Positions 30,273-39,475 of a stretch of 64,000 bases of DNA are shown here, in pieces. The first letter of the stretch is position 1, and every line of letters starts with the position of its first letter. This DNA is from a virus (taxonomy: Duplodnaviria; Heunggongvirae; Uroviricota; Caudoviricetes), in IMG/VR virus record IMGVR_UViG_3300044846_005772, one strand, 5' to 3'. A model generated the notes under the pieces. It was not told where the DNA came from, made no database searches, and saw nothing but the letters and a program-made list of their open reading frames with translations. The position numbers were made by a program, and so were the translations under genes.

Positions 30273-31391
30273 ATGTTTTTCGAAAATAGTAAAGTAAAAA
30301 TTAATTTAGAAAAGTTTACTGAATTTGATTCAGGAAAACTTGCATTACTTGCAGTAGAACATTCTCCAAATGACGTAGCAATAGTATTCTTTCCACATGA
30401 CATCAATATTGAATACAAAATATCTATACAAATAAATTCTATATGTTTTAAAGAGTATACAATAAAACAGCAAGACGTATTTTATGTAATTCTTAAAAGG
30501 ACGATTGGTTTTTTCGAAATAGAAATATCATCAGTTTTTCAAAAAGACAAGTATATTAATACTTTGAGTAATTTAGAAGAAAATGGGAGCATTAACATAA
30601 TCAAGCCAAGAATAACATTGTATTCAATTTGCTGGAATGAAGAAAAGATATTGCCTTTTTTCTTACAGCATTATTCTAAATTCGTAGATAAAATAATAAT
30701 ATTTGATAACGAGTCGACTGATGATTCTATTAAGATCATTCAAGAGTTTAATGAATGTAGCGTTGAGATTATTTCATATTCTACTAATAATAAGATAGAC
30801 GATCGTAAATACCTCGAGATAAAAAATAATTGCTGGAAATCAGATCCATCTGAGTATGTAATTGTTTGCGATTCTGATGAATTTTTAGCTAGTGAGTATG
30901 ATATTCTTGAATATCTTTCTAATAATACAGACATAGACGTTTTTACACCAACCGGTTTTGAAATGATTTCTGAGGTTTTTCCAAATCAATCAGAATCAAT
31001 AATTCAACAAGTATTGAATGGAAGACCCCACGCTGGGTTAAATAAGAGAATTTTGTTTAGACCAAATATGATATTTGAGATAGGATATTCTCCAGGATGC
31101 CACATTAATTATCCAGTAGGAATCAATCTTAACGTTAAAGAGAGCAATTTGGATCTTATTATGCTACATTATAAATGTCTATCCCTCGATTATTTTATAA
31201 GTAGAACCGCTATTTTGGGAACTAGGTTGAGCGATTTTAATCTAAACGTTAATGCAGGTTCTCATTATCTTCTTGAAGATTCAAATCAAATTAATATTTT
31301 CAATCAAATTCTTTTGAATTCAACGCAAGTGGTTTCTGAAAAAATCATAAAACGCTTTGAAAAAAGATCAAAGCGAACATGGAAAATATAA
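30273..31391 (+). CDS. glycosyltransferase family 2-like protein
   Basis: YSICWNEEKILPFFLQHY...IIIFDNESTDDS resembles a GT-A (GT2) N-terminal region. Confidence 0.5.
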   Translation: MFFENSKVKINLEKFTEFDSGKLALLAVEHSPNDVAIVFFPHDINIEYKISIQINSICFKEYTIKQQDVFYVILKRTIGFFEIEISSVFQKDKYINTLSNLEENGSINIIKPRITLYSICWNEEKILPFFLQHYSKFVDKIIIFDNESTDDSIKIIQEFNECSVEIISYSTNNKIDDRKYLEIKNNCWKSDPSEYVIVCDSDEFLASEYDILEYLSNNTDIDVFTPTGFEMISEVFPNQSESIIQQVLNGRPHAGLNKRILFRPNMIFEIGYSPGCHINYPVGINLNVKESNLDLIMLHYKCLSLDYFISRTAILGTRLSDFNLNVNAGSHYLLEDSNQINIFNQILLNSTQVVSEKIIKRFEKRSKRTWKI

Positions 31392-31617
31392 ATTTTTATT
31401 AAATCTTTTCAAAAATATAGTATAATAATCACATGAATAAAATACTTTTCACATCACTTCTGTTTATCGTAGCAAACACAGGCTTGCTATGGTTATGGAC
31501 GATCGTATTTCGATCAGCAATTCCTTGGGCAGCATGGATCGGAGTAGTAACTCACATCTTCGTTCTATTCAACTTGCCTTATTCAAAAATGTTTAAACAA
31601 TAAATCCAAAAATCAAA

Positions 31618-32394
31618 ATGAAAAAAGCTATTTACTTTAGCCTTATTGCAGTGGTATTCGCTGCATGTAACTCAGTTCAACCGAACTTTGAGGGAGTCTT
31701 AATGCAAAATTACGGACGAAACGGAGTACAAGATTTCACAATCGTTACTGGTAATCAGGGAATGTTGGGTCCGGGAACAGAACTGTATCAGGTACCTATG
31801 TACGAGCAAACAGCCGATCCACAGCAAGTTAGTATTACTGCAAAGGACGCAGGTGTATTCACAGTAGATCCTTCATTCACTTACGAAGCCATTAGAGGTA
31901 AGGGGATCGATGTTGTGTTCAACTATAAGCATACTGGCTTTGACGATAACATGGACAACTTGGAGAACATGATCCTCAATCCAATAGTAGTAAACGCATT
32001 CAGAGAGGAAGCTCGCAATTTTACAACGGACTCCCTAATGAATAACTTAAATGCATTTGAATCTAGAGTACAGGAGAGATTAAAGCAGGAATTTGAGATA
32101 AAGTTCTTTAAGCTTAACTCATTAACTTCTGGTCTAACTCCACCTGCTTCAATGGCGCAAGCAATTGAGCAACGTAATAATCAAAAGCAAATGGCAGAGC
32201 AAGTAAAGAACGAGTTGGAAGTTGCTCGCATGCAAAAGGAGAAAGCGCAAATCGAACAAGAAACTAATCGTATCAAATCTCAAGGGTTGACGAAGGAAAT
32301 CTTAATGGAGCGCTATATAGATGCGTTACGCTGGAGCAATAATAGAATCATCATAACTGACGGAAAAACACCAGTTCTCCTAAATCAAAACTAA
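31618..32394 (+). CDS. lipoprotein with SPFH/band-7-like C-terminal region
   Basis: Lipobox AACNS after a signal peptide; Ala/Glu/Gln-rich C-terminal helix typical of SPFH. Confidence 0.45.
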   Translation: MKKAIYFSLIAVVFAACNSVQPNFEGVLMQNYGRNGVQDFTIVTGNQGMLGPGTELYQVPMYEQTADPQQVSITAKDAGVFTVDPSFTYEAIRGKGIDVVFNYKHTGFDDNMDNLENMILNPIVVNAFREEARNFTTDSLMNNLNAFESRVQERLKQEFEIKFFKLNSLTSGLTPPASMAQAIEQRNNQKQMAEQVKNELEVARMQKEKAQIEQETNRIKSQGLTKEILMERYIDALRWSNNRIIITDGKTPVLLNQN

Positions 32395-32582
32395 AAATAT
32401 AAACTAGAGGAGCAGCAGTGCTCCTCTTTATTCTTTAAATATATGACAGCATTTTCACTTTGCATGGCTATTGGTTGGGTAGCATTAGTCGCTTCATGGA
32501 TAATTCCATGGACGATGAAAAACAAAAAAATTAGCAGAATCGTTGCAATGATATTGTCTGCATTTGCAGTAGGGATATTCAT
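32391..32582 (-). CDS. small membrane protein (63 aa)
   Basis: Two hydrophobic segments. Confidence 0.35.
   Translation of the reverse strand: MNIPTANADNIIATILLIFLFFIVHGIIHEATNATQPIAMQSENAVIYLKNKEEHCCSSSLYF
32406..32433 (+). terminator. rho-independent terminator
   Basis: agaggagca-gcag-tgctcctct followed by T-rich run. Confidence 0.6.
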
Positions 32583-32619
32583 AGCTAATGGAATTTATAT
32601 TCTTTTTAAATAAGAACTG

Positions 32620-33105
32620 ATGAGAAGAACAATAACACCAGAATCAGAAGAACAAGAATCGGAAGATTATTTTAGATCGTACGCGACTGTTTTCCTAGCT
32701 GGCTCAATTGAAATGGGAGAAGCTGAGGACTGGCAAACGAAAGTCATCAATTCATTTGATGAGAAAGATGAAGTCACTTTCTTTAATCCTAGAAGAGATG
32801 CTTGGGATTCTTCGTGGGAACAAGCACAATCTAATCCACAGTTCAATCATCAAGTAAACTGGGAGTTGAATCATTTAGACTCATGTGATATTGTCTTTAT
32901 GAACTTTATTCCAGGAACAAAGAGCCCTATCTCTTTACTTGAATTGGGAGCATATGGTCATCATAATAAAATGATAGTGTGCTGCCCTGAAGGTTTCTGG
33001 AGAAAAGGAAACGTTGATATTTTCTGCACTAGACAAAACATCCAAGTGTTTACTGATCTTACTGCAGCAATTGGTGCTCTACGAACTAAACTTGAAACCA
33101 TTTAA
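32620..33105 (+). CDS. nucleoside 2-deoxyribosyltransferase-fold protein
   Basis: VFLAGSIEMG ... SLLELGAYGH pattern of the PF05014-like fold. Confidence 0.45.
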   Translation: MRRTITPESEEQESEDYFRSYATVFLAGSIEMGEAEDWQTKVINSFDEKDEVTFFNPRRDAWDSSWEQAQSNPQFNHQVNWELNHLDSCDIVFMNFIPGTKSPISLLELGAYGHHNKMIVCCPEGFWRKGNVDIFCTRQNIQVFTDLTAAIGALRTKLETI

Positions 33106-33109
33106 CTAG

Positions 33110-34630
33110 ATGAATCCTCTACTATTAACAGACGGCTACAAGACTGGCCATCACCAACAGTATCCTAAAGGCACGACTTTAGTGTATTCTAACTTCACAC
33201 CACGTTCAAACAAGTACGCTCCTAAGGGATGTGATGCAGTTGTAGTATTCGGACCTCAAATGGTTATGATGCAATTGGACGAAATGTTTCAAAGAGACTT
33301 TTTTGATCGACCTAAGGATCTGGTTTGCGGAGAAATGAAAAGAGAACTTTCAGCATATCTAGGTACAGATTATGATGTTAGCCACTTTGAGGCGTTGCAT
33401 GATTTAGGCTATCTTCCAATTGCAGTTAAAGCATTGCCGGAAGGTACTAAGGCACCAATTAAGGTTCCAGTGTTGACTATTTACAACACACATCCTGACT
33501 TCTATTGGATCACAAATTATCTTGAAACAATTCTTTCCAACTTGCTGTGGAAACCAATGACGTCAGCTACTATCGCCCATCAGTACAGAAAGGTATTGAC
33601 ATGTTGGATGGAAAAGACAGATAAAGAAAGAGCATGGTTTGTGGATTGGCAAGGGCATGACTTTTCAATGCGAGGCATGGACTCAGTCGAGGCAGTCGTT
33701 AGTTCAGGCTTAGGTCACCTAACTTCCTTTCTAGGTTCCGATTCTCTACCAGCTATTCATGGTGCTAGAAAGTTCTATGGAGCTAGCGAGTTTGTTGCAG
33801 GTTCAGTTCCAGCTACAGAGCATTCGGTGATGTGCGCAGGCGGTAAGGAAGACGAGGTTGAAACGTTCCGCAGATTGTTAGAGACATATCCGAAAGGAAT
33901 CCTTTCAGTAGTATCTGATACATGGGATCTTTGGAAAGTTTGTACCGAACATGTGGTTACTTTGAAAGAAGAAATTATGGCTCGTGATGGTAAGTTAGTT
34001 ATTCGCCCTGACTCAGGTGACCCAGTAGATATTTTATGTGGTTCTATTCGTTTTGATAATAAAGAAGAATACGAAACGGAAAAAGCTGATGGAACATTAA
34101 GTAAAGCAAATCCATCTGAAAAAGGAGTTATCGAATTACTTTGGGATGTATTTGGAGGAACAGTAAACGAACAAGGATACAAAGTTCTTGACTCACATAT
34201 TGGAGCTATTTACGGTGACTCAATCACAATTGACAGAGCAGATGAGATTTGCAGACGTTTAGAAGCAAAAGGATTCGCATCAACAAACGTAGTGTTAGGT
34301 ATCGGTTCATTCACTTACCAATACAATACTCGTGATACATTTGGGTTTGCAATGAAAGCCACTTACGTAGAAGTTAAACACCAAGTAGAATCAGGAATCC
34401 CAGTGTTTGCAATTGAAGGTCGTGAGATTTTTAAAGACCCGATCACTGATGATGGAACAAAGAAATCAGCAACTGGTCTGTTGTGTGTTGAGGAGTTAGA
34501 TGGTGAAATTAAGTTATACGATAAAGTATCTTGGAATACAGAAGACACTGGCGTACTTCAACTTATCTATAAAGACGGCCAGCAATATAACGTTACATCA
34601 TTAGAAGATATCCGAAAAAAATTAAGATAA
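33110..34630 (+). CDS. nadV: nicotinamide phosphoribosyltransferase (NAMPT/NadV) family protein; could equally be a NARP1 Namat
   Basis: 506 aa, NAMPT-like throughout; adjacent to a PRPP-synthetase homolog. Confidence 0.75.
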   Translation: MNPLLLTDGYKTGHHQQYPKGTTLVYSNFTPRSNKYAPKGCDAVVVFGPQMVMMQLDEMFQRDFFDRPKDLVCGEMKRELSAYLGTDYDVSHFEALHDLGYLPIAVKALPEGTKAPIKVPVLTIYNTHPDFYWITNYLETILSNLLWKPMTSATIAHQYRKVLTCWMEKTDKERAWFVDWQGHDFSMRGMDSVEAVVSSGLGHLTSFLGSDSLPAIHGARKFYGASEFVAGSVPATEHSVMCAGGKEDEVETFRRLLETYPKGILSVVSDTWDLWKVCTEHVVTLKEEIMARDGKLVIRPDSGDPVDILCGSIRFDNKEEYETEKADGTLSKANPSEKGVIELLWDVFGGTVNEQGYKVLDSHIGAIYGDSITIDRADEICRRLEAKGFASTNVVLGIGSFTYQYNTRDTFGFAMKATYVEVKHQVESGIPVFAIEGREIFKDPITDDGTKKSATGLLCVEELDGEIKLYDKVSWNTEDTGVLQLIYKDGQQYNVTSLEDIRKKLR

Positions 34631-34634
34631 TTAC

Positions 34635-35513
34635 ATGAGTCAATTAAATTTAGAATATCCTGAAAAATCAGATATTAAGTATAAGATCAATAGGTTTCCT
34701 GACGGCCAACAAAGCATCACCTTAAACACAACTTGGGGATACTTGGATGTTGAGGTTCAGATAGTAAGTAGACTCAAAACATTTAGGGATCTTGAATTAG
34801 TTATTTGCGCAACGGCTGCTTTAAGAAATATAGGTTACTCCAAAATTTCTCTGTATGTTCCCTACTTCTTGGGCGCTAGGTCAGATCGTCGATTTAATGA
34901 TTGGGAAGCAAACTACTTGAAGGAAGTAATCTGTCCTATTGTTAATTCTCAAAAGTACCATTCGGTTACTGTGATGGACCCTCATTCGGATGTGCTGGAA
35001 GCCTGCCTAGAAAACTATCGATTGATAGATAATATCAACTTAGTCAAGTTTGCTCTTACAGATATTGATAACCGAAATGATGCTCGTGATCGAATCGTCA
35101 TAGTATCGCCAGACGCTGGTGCGCTAAAGAAGATTTACAAGGTAGCTGAGCATTTCAAAATTAGCAACTTGATCACAGCATCTAAGCACAGGGATATTGC
35201 GACTGGTAAGATAACTGAAACTGTTGTGCCGGAGTTGGAAAAGTATTCTGATAACCACGCATTCGTTATCGTTGACGACATCTGTGATGGAGGCAGAACT
35301 TTTATTGAAGCCTCAAAGGTAATCAAGCAAGCACACCCTTCAGCAAAAGTATATGCAATTGTGACACATGGAATATTTAGTAATAGCTTCTTGGAATTGA
35401 GTAGACACTTTACTAAGATGTACTCAACTAATAGTTACTCAGATATTGATGTTGAAAGCCACAGCGACTATACAGTAAGTAAGGACTTCCTAATGCAATT
35501 CAATATATTCTAA
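34635..35513 (+). CDS. prs: ribose-phosphate pyrophosphokinase (PRPP synthetase) family protein; could be an ADPR-PP synthetase (Adps) of NARP1
   Basis: IVSPDAGALKK and PRPP-binding IVDDICDGGRTF motifs. Confidence 0.7.
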   Translation: MSQLNLEYPEKSDIKYKINRFPDGQQSITLNTTWGYLDVEVQIVSRLKTFRDLELVICATAALRNIGYSKISLYVPYFLGARSDRRFNDWEANYLKEVICPIVNSQKYHSVTVMDPHSDVLEACLENYRLIDNINLVKFALTDIDNRNDARDRIVIVSPDAGALKKIYKVAEHFKISNLITASKHRDIATGKITETVVPELEKYSDNHAFVIVDDICDGGRTFIEASKVIKQAHPSAKVYAIVTHGIFSNSFLELSRHFTKMYSTNSYSDIDVESHSDYTVSKDFLMQFNIF

Positions 35514-35514
35514 G

Positions 35515-35700
35515 ATGGCTCTACTTGAATCACAATACAAATTGCACCTGCAGAAAAATCCAGAGCATTCACATTGGACGTATGACGAATGGTTGAAATG
35601 GCACGGAGATCAGTTAGCAGAATCCATTAGGAACTCGGATCCAAAAATATCTGATAATTTTCAGATAGGACCGGATGGAGCATACGAAGAGGATGACTAG
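35515..35700 (+). CDS. hypothetical protein (61 aa)
   Basis: Short ORF directly after prs. Confidence 0.35.
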   Translation: MALLESQYKLHLQKNPEHSHWTYDEWLKWHGDQLAESIRNSDPKISDNFQIGPDGAYEEDD

Positions 35701-35766
35701 AAGACATAGCTAGCCTTCTGGGATACTCAATACGTTAAGATAGCTAGTAAATCAGATTAAACTAAG

Positions 35767-35791
35767 AAAGGGACCAGTAGGTCCCTTTTTA
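35767..35791. terminator. bidirectional rho-independent terminator
   Basis: gggacc-agta-ggtccc with A-run upstream and T-run downstream. Confidence 0.7.
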
Positions 35792-35807
35792 ATTATTAAG
35801 ATAAGTA

Positions 35808-36086
35808 TTACTTCTTTTTAAGAGTTAAGTAATACTCAAGTCTAGAATGAATCTTCTCAGACAAGTTAACTGCATCTTCCAAAGCGGCTGGCTTTACAAT
35901 ACTCATTTTTGTCCAAAGTTCATCGCTCTCTTTTTCATACTTTGCTGAATCGAATTTACATGCAGCAAATGCCTGTGACTTAGCTTGTACGCAAGTTAAA
36001 GCAGTTTCAGAGTGGATCGTTAGTTTTTCTCTTTCTGGAGAAATCTCATCCTTATTTATGACAATTAGTGTTATATCGTATTTCAT
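35808..36086 (-). CDS. hypothetical protein (92 aa)
   Basis: ORF. Confidence 0.45.
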   Translation of the reverse strand: MKYDITLIVINKDEISPEREKLTIHSETALTCVQAKSQAFAACKFDSAKYEKESDELWTKMSIVKPAALEDAVNLSEKIHSRLEYYLTLKKK

Positions 36087-36103
36087 AATTTTTATTTTTT
36101 ATT

Positions 36104-38158
36104 TTAGCACCAGTTATAGAATGTATAATCGTTAGGCATTGAGTAGTCTCTCACAAAGTTCTCGTCGCTTAAATAGTATGGAGTTCCATCTGGCGTCACT
36201 GTCAAGTAAGAGGTTGCGTCACCAGAGACCATAAAGAAACGGTCAGATACTAATCGATAAGAGACAACATCTTCAATCGGATATCCAGTATCAATTGAAT
36301 TCAAGCGTGCTCCATAAATATCATACACATCAATAAACCAATTCGTATTTTGCCAAATATGCATTACCATATTTGCAGATACGTATAGTCTGACGTATCC
36401 AATTGAGTATTCAAAAGCTTCTGACATTCCAGCAGGACTAAGTAGTCTTGCAGTGTTATCGTCAAATTCAAAATAAGTAACACCTGCAGTGTGACCATTT
36501 ATGTCTTTCCATTGGGCTGAAGAAGAATTGTTATTCCAAAAATACGAATCATGTATAACTTTAGTAACTGTTCCAGCAACGCTGTCTCCTCCAGTAGGAC
36601 AATAAAAGTGTAGAGTTCCGTTATCAATATCCGATAACCAAAAAGTATTCCAATTTACGTCATATTGAGCTGGAATTATTCCATTTACCGCAAGCTCAGT
36701 TGAGCCAGTCTCTCCATTTACAACTAAATAGCTACCCGTATTCAACACAAGTATTGTAACATCACCACACACCATAAGATTAATCCCTGCATAATCGGCG
36801 TACGCCATGATGTCTTCATATACTGGAGCAGCATCCTTTCTAAGGGTTAATAAGTCTACTGAAGTCGTACTTTCAGATGCATTTATTACTAACTGAGGAC
36901 ACGTGTTCTCAATATTGGCAGTTTCAAATCCAAATGTTTCGCCTTCAGCTAAAGAAGGACTCCACTCAACGAATTCAGTTTCTCCTCCAAATAAAGTGAT
37001 TGTCGTAAAAGCAGTGTACCTATCCATTTTTCCATCGTATGTGCTATTCGAGTAGAAAAGAAACATTAAATTTTCAAATCCATTTAATGAATTGAAATAA
37101 TTCTCCGTTGGATCTAATCGAGAATAATAGCTATCCCAAAATGGATAAACAGATCTATCAATTACGTTAGAAACGGCAAGCGTTCTTGCAAGATTATCGT
37201 ATGCGTAAATAACGCTCTCACTAGAACCATTAGTTAGCATAAAACCAAATTTAGATGTACCATATGAGAAAGAATTTAGGCCATCTGCGTCAGAGATTTC
37301 AGTTAAAGAGTAATCAGCAAACGTTCCGTCCAGTTGAATTACTCGAAGTTTGTAAAAATAGCCATTCTCGTCTTCAAAGAATAAGGGTATACAGTTAGAA
37401 GTTGGATGATTTCTACTGCTATGATGATAGTTGCCTGCATCTTCGAGAAGATCAGTAATGTCTATTAGATTTCCATTAGGTCTGGCTAGAAATACTCTCG
37501 TTTGAGAACCGTCATATACGCTGACATTAAGAGTACCGTCGGATGAAGTATCCCAGTTAAACTCTCCAGTACTCACGTCCTGTATTGAATTTTCAATAGA
37601 TCTGCTAAATACCTCTTCTCCCATCCACCAATAGAATTTGGTGACAGTTTCTCTAACTTGAAAAGAAAGACCTACTGCTTTTCCGTCTGAGCTGAATGTG
37701 CTGAGATTATCCTTCCATGGAATAAATTCAAGTAAATTTCCTCCAGCATCAACGAACGCAGCCCAGTTATAATAATCGCTATATCTTCCTCCAATTAGTA
37801 TTGTTCCTCCATTATGCAAGAGTCTAAAGTATAGATAGTCAGTGTCGACTGTTTCTTCTCCCAAATCAAGAATTTCACTAAATGCGAAATTCGAAGTATC
37901 TGTTGTTTTAGCTACTGTTATTCCAACATGGCCGTTTTCTTGAAGAAAGCCAGCATGAAAAATTACTGGAGCAAATGCAACAATCGATTTAGGATTTTTG
38001 GGTTTTCCTGAACCTACTCCGGCTGCAGCTGATGCGCTAGTAGCTCCTCGAGCTTCAAAGATCTTCTTAGAGATTAGCTGATTCATCATATCTTCTTCGA
38101 TACGCTTTCTAATCTCCTTCTGTTCAGGAGTCTCATGTCCCCAGTTAATAAATGACAT
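36104..38158 (-). CDS. tail fibre / receptor-binding protein, paralog 1
   Basis: N-terminal MSFINWGHETPEQKEIRK anchor shared with two other genes; Gly/Ser linker; 684 aa. Confidence 0.6.
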   Translation of the reverse strand: MSFINWGHETPEQKEIRKRIEEDMMNQLISKKIFEARGATSASAAAGVGSGKPKNPKSIVAFAPVIFHAGFLQENGHVGITVAKTTDTSNFAFSEILDLGEETVDTDYLYFRLLHNGGTILIGGRYSDYYNWAAFVDAGGNLLEFIPWKDNLSTFSSDGKAVGLSFQVRETVTKFYWWMGEEVFSRSIENSIQDVSTGEFNWDTSSDGTLNVSVYDGSQTRVFLARPNGNLIDITDLLEDAGNYHHSSRNHPTSNCIPLFFEDENGYFYKLRVIQLDGTFADYSLTEISDADGLNSFSYGTSKFGFMLTNGSSESVIYAYDNLARTLAVSNVIDRSVYPFWDSYYSRLDPTENYFNSLNGFENLMFLFYSNSTYDGKMDRYTAFTTITLFGGETEFVEWSPSLAEGETFGFETANIENTCPQLVINASESTTSVDLLTLRKDAAPVYEDIMAYADYAGINLMVCGDVTILVLNTGSYLVVNGETGSTELAVNGIIPAQYDVNWNTFWLSDIDNGTLHFYCPTGGDSVAGTVTKVIHDSYFWNNNSSSAQWKDINGHTAGVTYFEFDDNTARLLSPAGMSEAFEYSIGYVRLYVSANMVMHIWQNTNWFIDVYDIYGARLNSIDTGYPIEDVVSYRLVSDRFFMVSGDATSYLTVTPDGTPYYLSDENFVRDYSMPNDYTFYNWC

Positions 38159-38189
38159 AAAGTACTTTTATTTTAGTTATTTATTTAGA

Positions 38190-38861
38190 CTAAACTAGAT
38201 CAAATAGAATAATCTCTGCTTCTGAGCTCGTTACGATCTCTATCTTGCTCTCCTCAGTATAACTAAGACCATCTCCCTCAATCAGGGAAAGTCCATTTAC
38301 TGTTGCTTCACCTAGCACAACATACAAGTAATATCTACGCGAAGAGTCTAATTCAAAAGTAAAATCTTGAGTAAAGATTCCAGCAAGAAGTCTAGCGTCC
38401 TGCTTGATGGGAAGTTTTTCAGTAATATTGCAAAAACGATTTAACTTATCTTCCCTTGTAAATTGGTACCATGCATACTCAGATTCAGTTTCGGTGACAT
38501 TTGGCTGAATCCACAGTTGTAAGTATCTATTTTGTTCATCAGTTGAGTTTCCTTCAGTGTGCCATATGCTTTTTCCAGCGCTCATTCGTTGAACTGCGCC
38601 TGCTGGAATATCCATATTGTTTCCATGACTATCAGTATGTCTGCACTTCCCTTTAACTACGTATCCAAATATTTCCATGTTGTTATGTTCGTGCCATGGA
38701 ACATGACCATTTGGTTCAACTCGATCATCGTTAATGGTCTGAAGATGACCAAAATTCATGTAGGCAGGGTCATAATACCCTGGAAAGCTGAATGTTCTAT
38801 ATGAATTTATCCAACTTGCTCTAGGATTTCCTCTAGTGTGATGCGGTCTGTGTATTATCAT
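38190..38861 (-). CDS. pirin-like cupin protein
   Basis: HTRGNPRASW...NGHVPWHEHNNMEI...RHTDSHGN...MSAGKSIWHTE matches pirin HxH...E metal site and RHxDS signature. Confidence 0.7.
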   Translation of the reverse strand: MIIHRPHHTRGNPRASWINSYRTFSFPGYYDPAYMNFGHLQTINDDRVEPNGHVPWHEHNNMEIFGYVVKGKCRHTDSHGNNMDIPAGAVQRMSAGKSIWHTEGNSTDEQNRYLQLWIQPNVTETESEYAWYQFTREDKLNRFCNITEKLPIKQDARLLAGIFTQDFTFELDSSRRYYLYVVLGEATVNGLSLIEGDGLSYTEESKIEIVTSSEAEIILFDLV

Positions 38862-38868
38862 ACTTTGA

Positions 38869-39459
38869 TTAACACCAAGAGTTCTTATCGATTACTGGAG
38901 TATACAAGGTAAATTTAGCAGGAAACAAGAAGGTTCCACCTAATGGAGTTCCGGCAGTATCGTCATTTAGCATCCAATCTGGGTCAGATGGATCGATTGG
39001 TAAAACTCTAAATTTATTCAAATTTGAGTAATATGCGAATTTAGCTAGTCCGCTGCTTACTGCGCTACCCTCAGCCCAAACAACATTGTAGACATATCCA
39101 GTACTTCCGCTACTTGGGTGAATTGCCATTATGCTATCTTCAAGCTCCTGGGTAACACCAGTTCCTTCGTATGCCATGATAAGATTCTCGGATTCAGCTA
39201 CATCAAATCCGTAAGTGTCGCCTTGCTCTACTGGAGTTATTGTGTCCCAAGGAGATACTCCTGTGAATGAGGTAGGCGTTATGGTAAATGAAGGTGTAGC
39301 TGGTCCACCTGAACCTGCTCCACTTGCAGAAGCGCTAGAAACTCCAGACCTTGCTTCAAATACTTTTCTTAACATTAGCTGATGAGAATCATGCTCTTCC
39401 AACTTTTTACGAATTTCCTTTTGTTCAGGAGTCTCATCTCCCCAATTGATAAATGGCAT
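38869..39459 (-). CDS. short tail-fibre-like protein, paralog 2
   Basis: MPFINWGDETPEQKEIRK anchor. Confidence 0.55.
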   Translation of the reverse strand: MPFINWGDETPEQKEIRKKLEEHDSHQLMLRKVFEARSGVSSASASGAGSGGPATPSFTITPTSFTGVSPWDTITPVEQGDTYGFDVAESENLIMAYEGTGVTQELEDSIMAIHPSSGSTGYVYNVVWAEGSAVSSGLAKFAYYSNLNKFRVLPIDPSDPDWMLNDDTAGTPLGGTFLFPAKFTLYTPVIDKNSWC

Positions 39460-39475
39460 ATTACTTGTTTATTTT

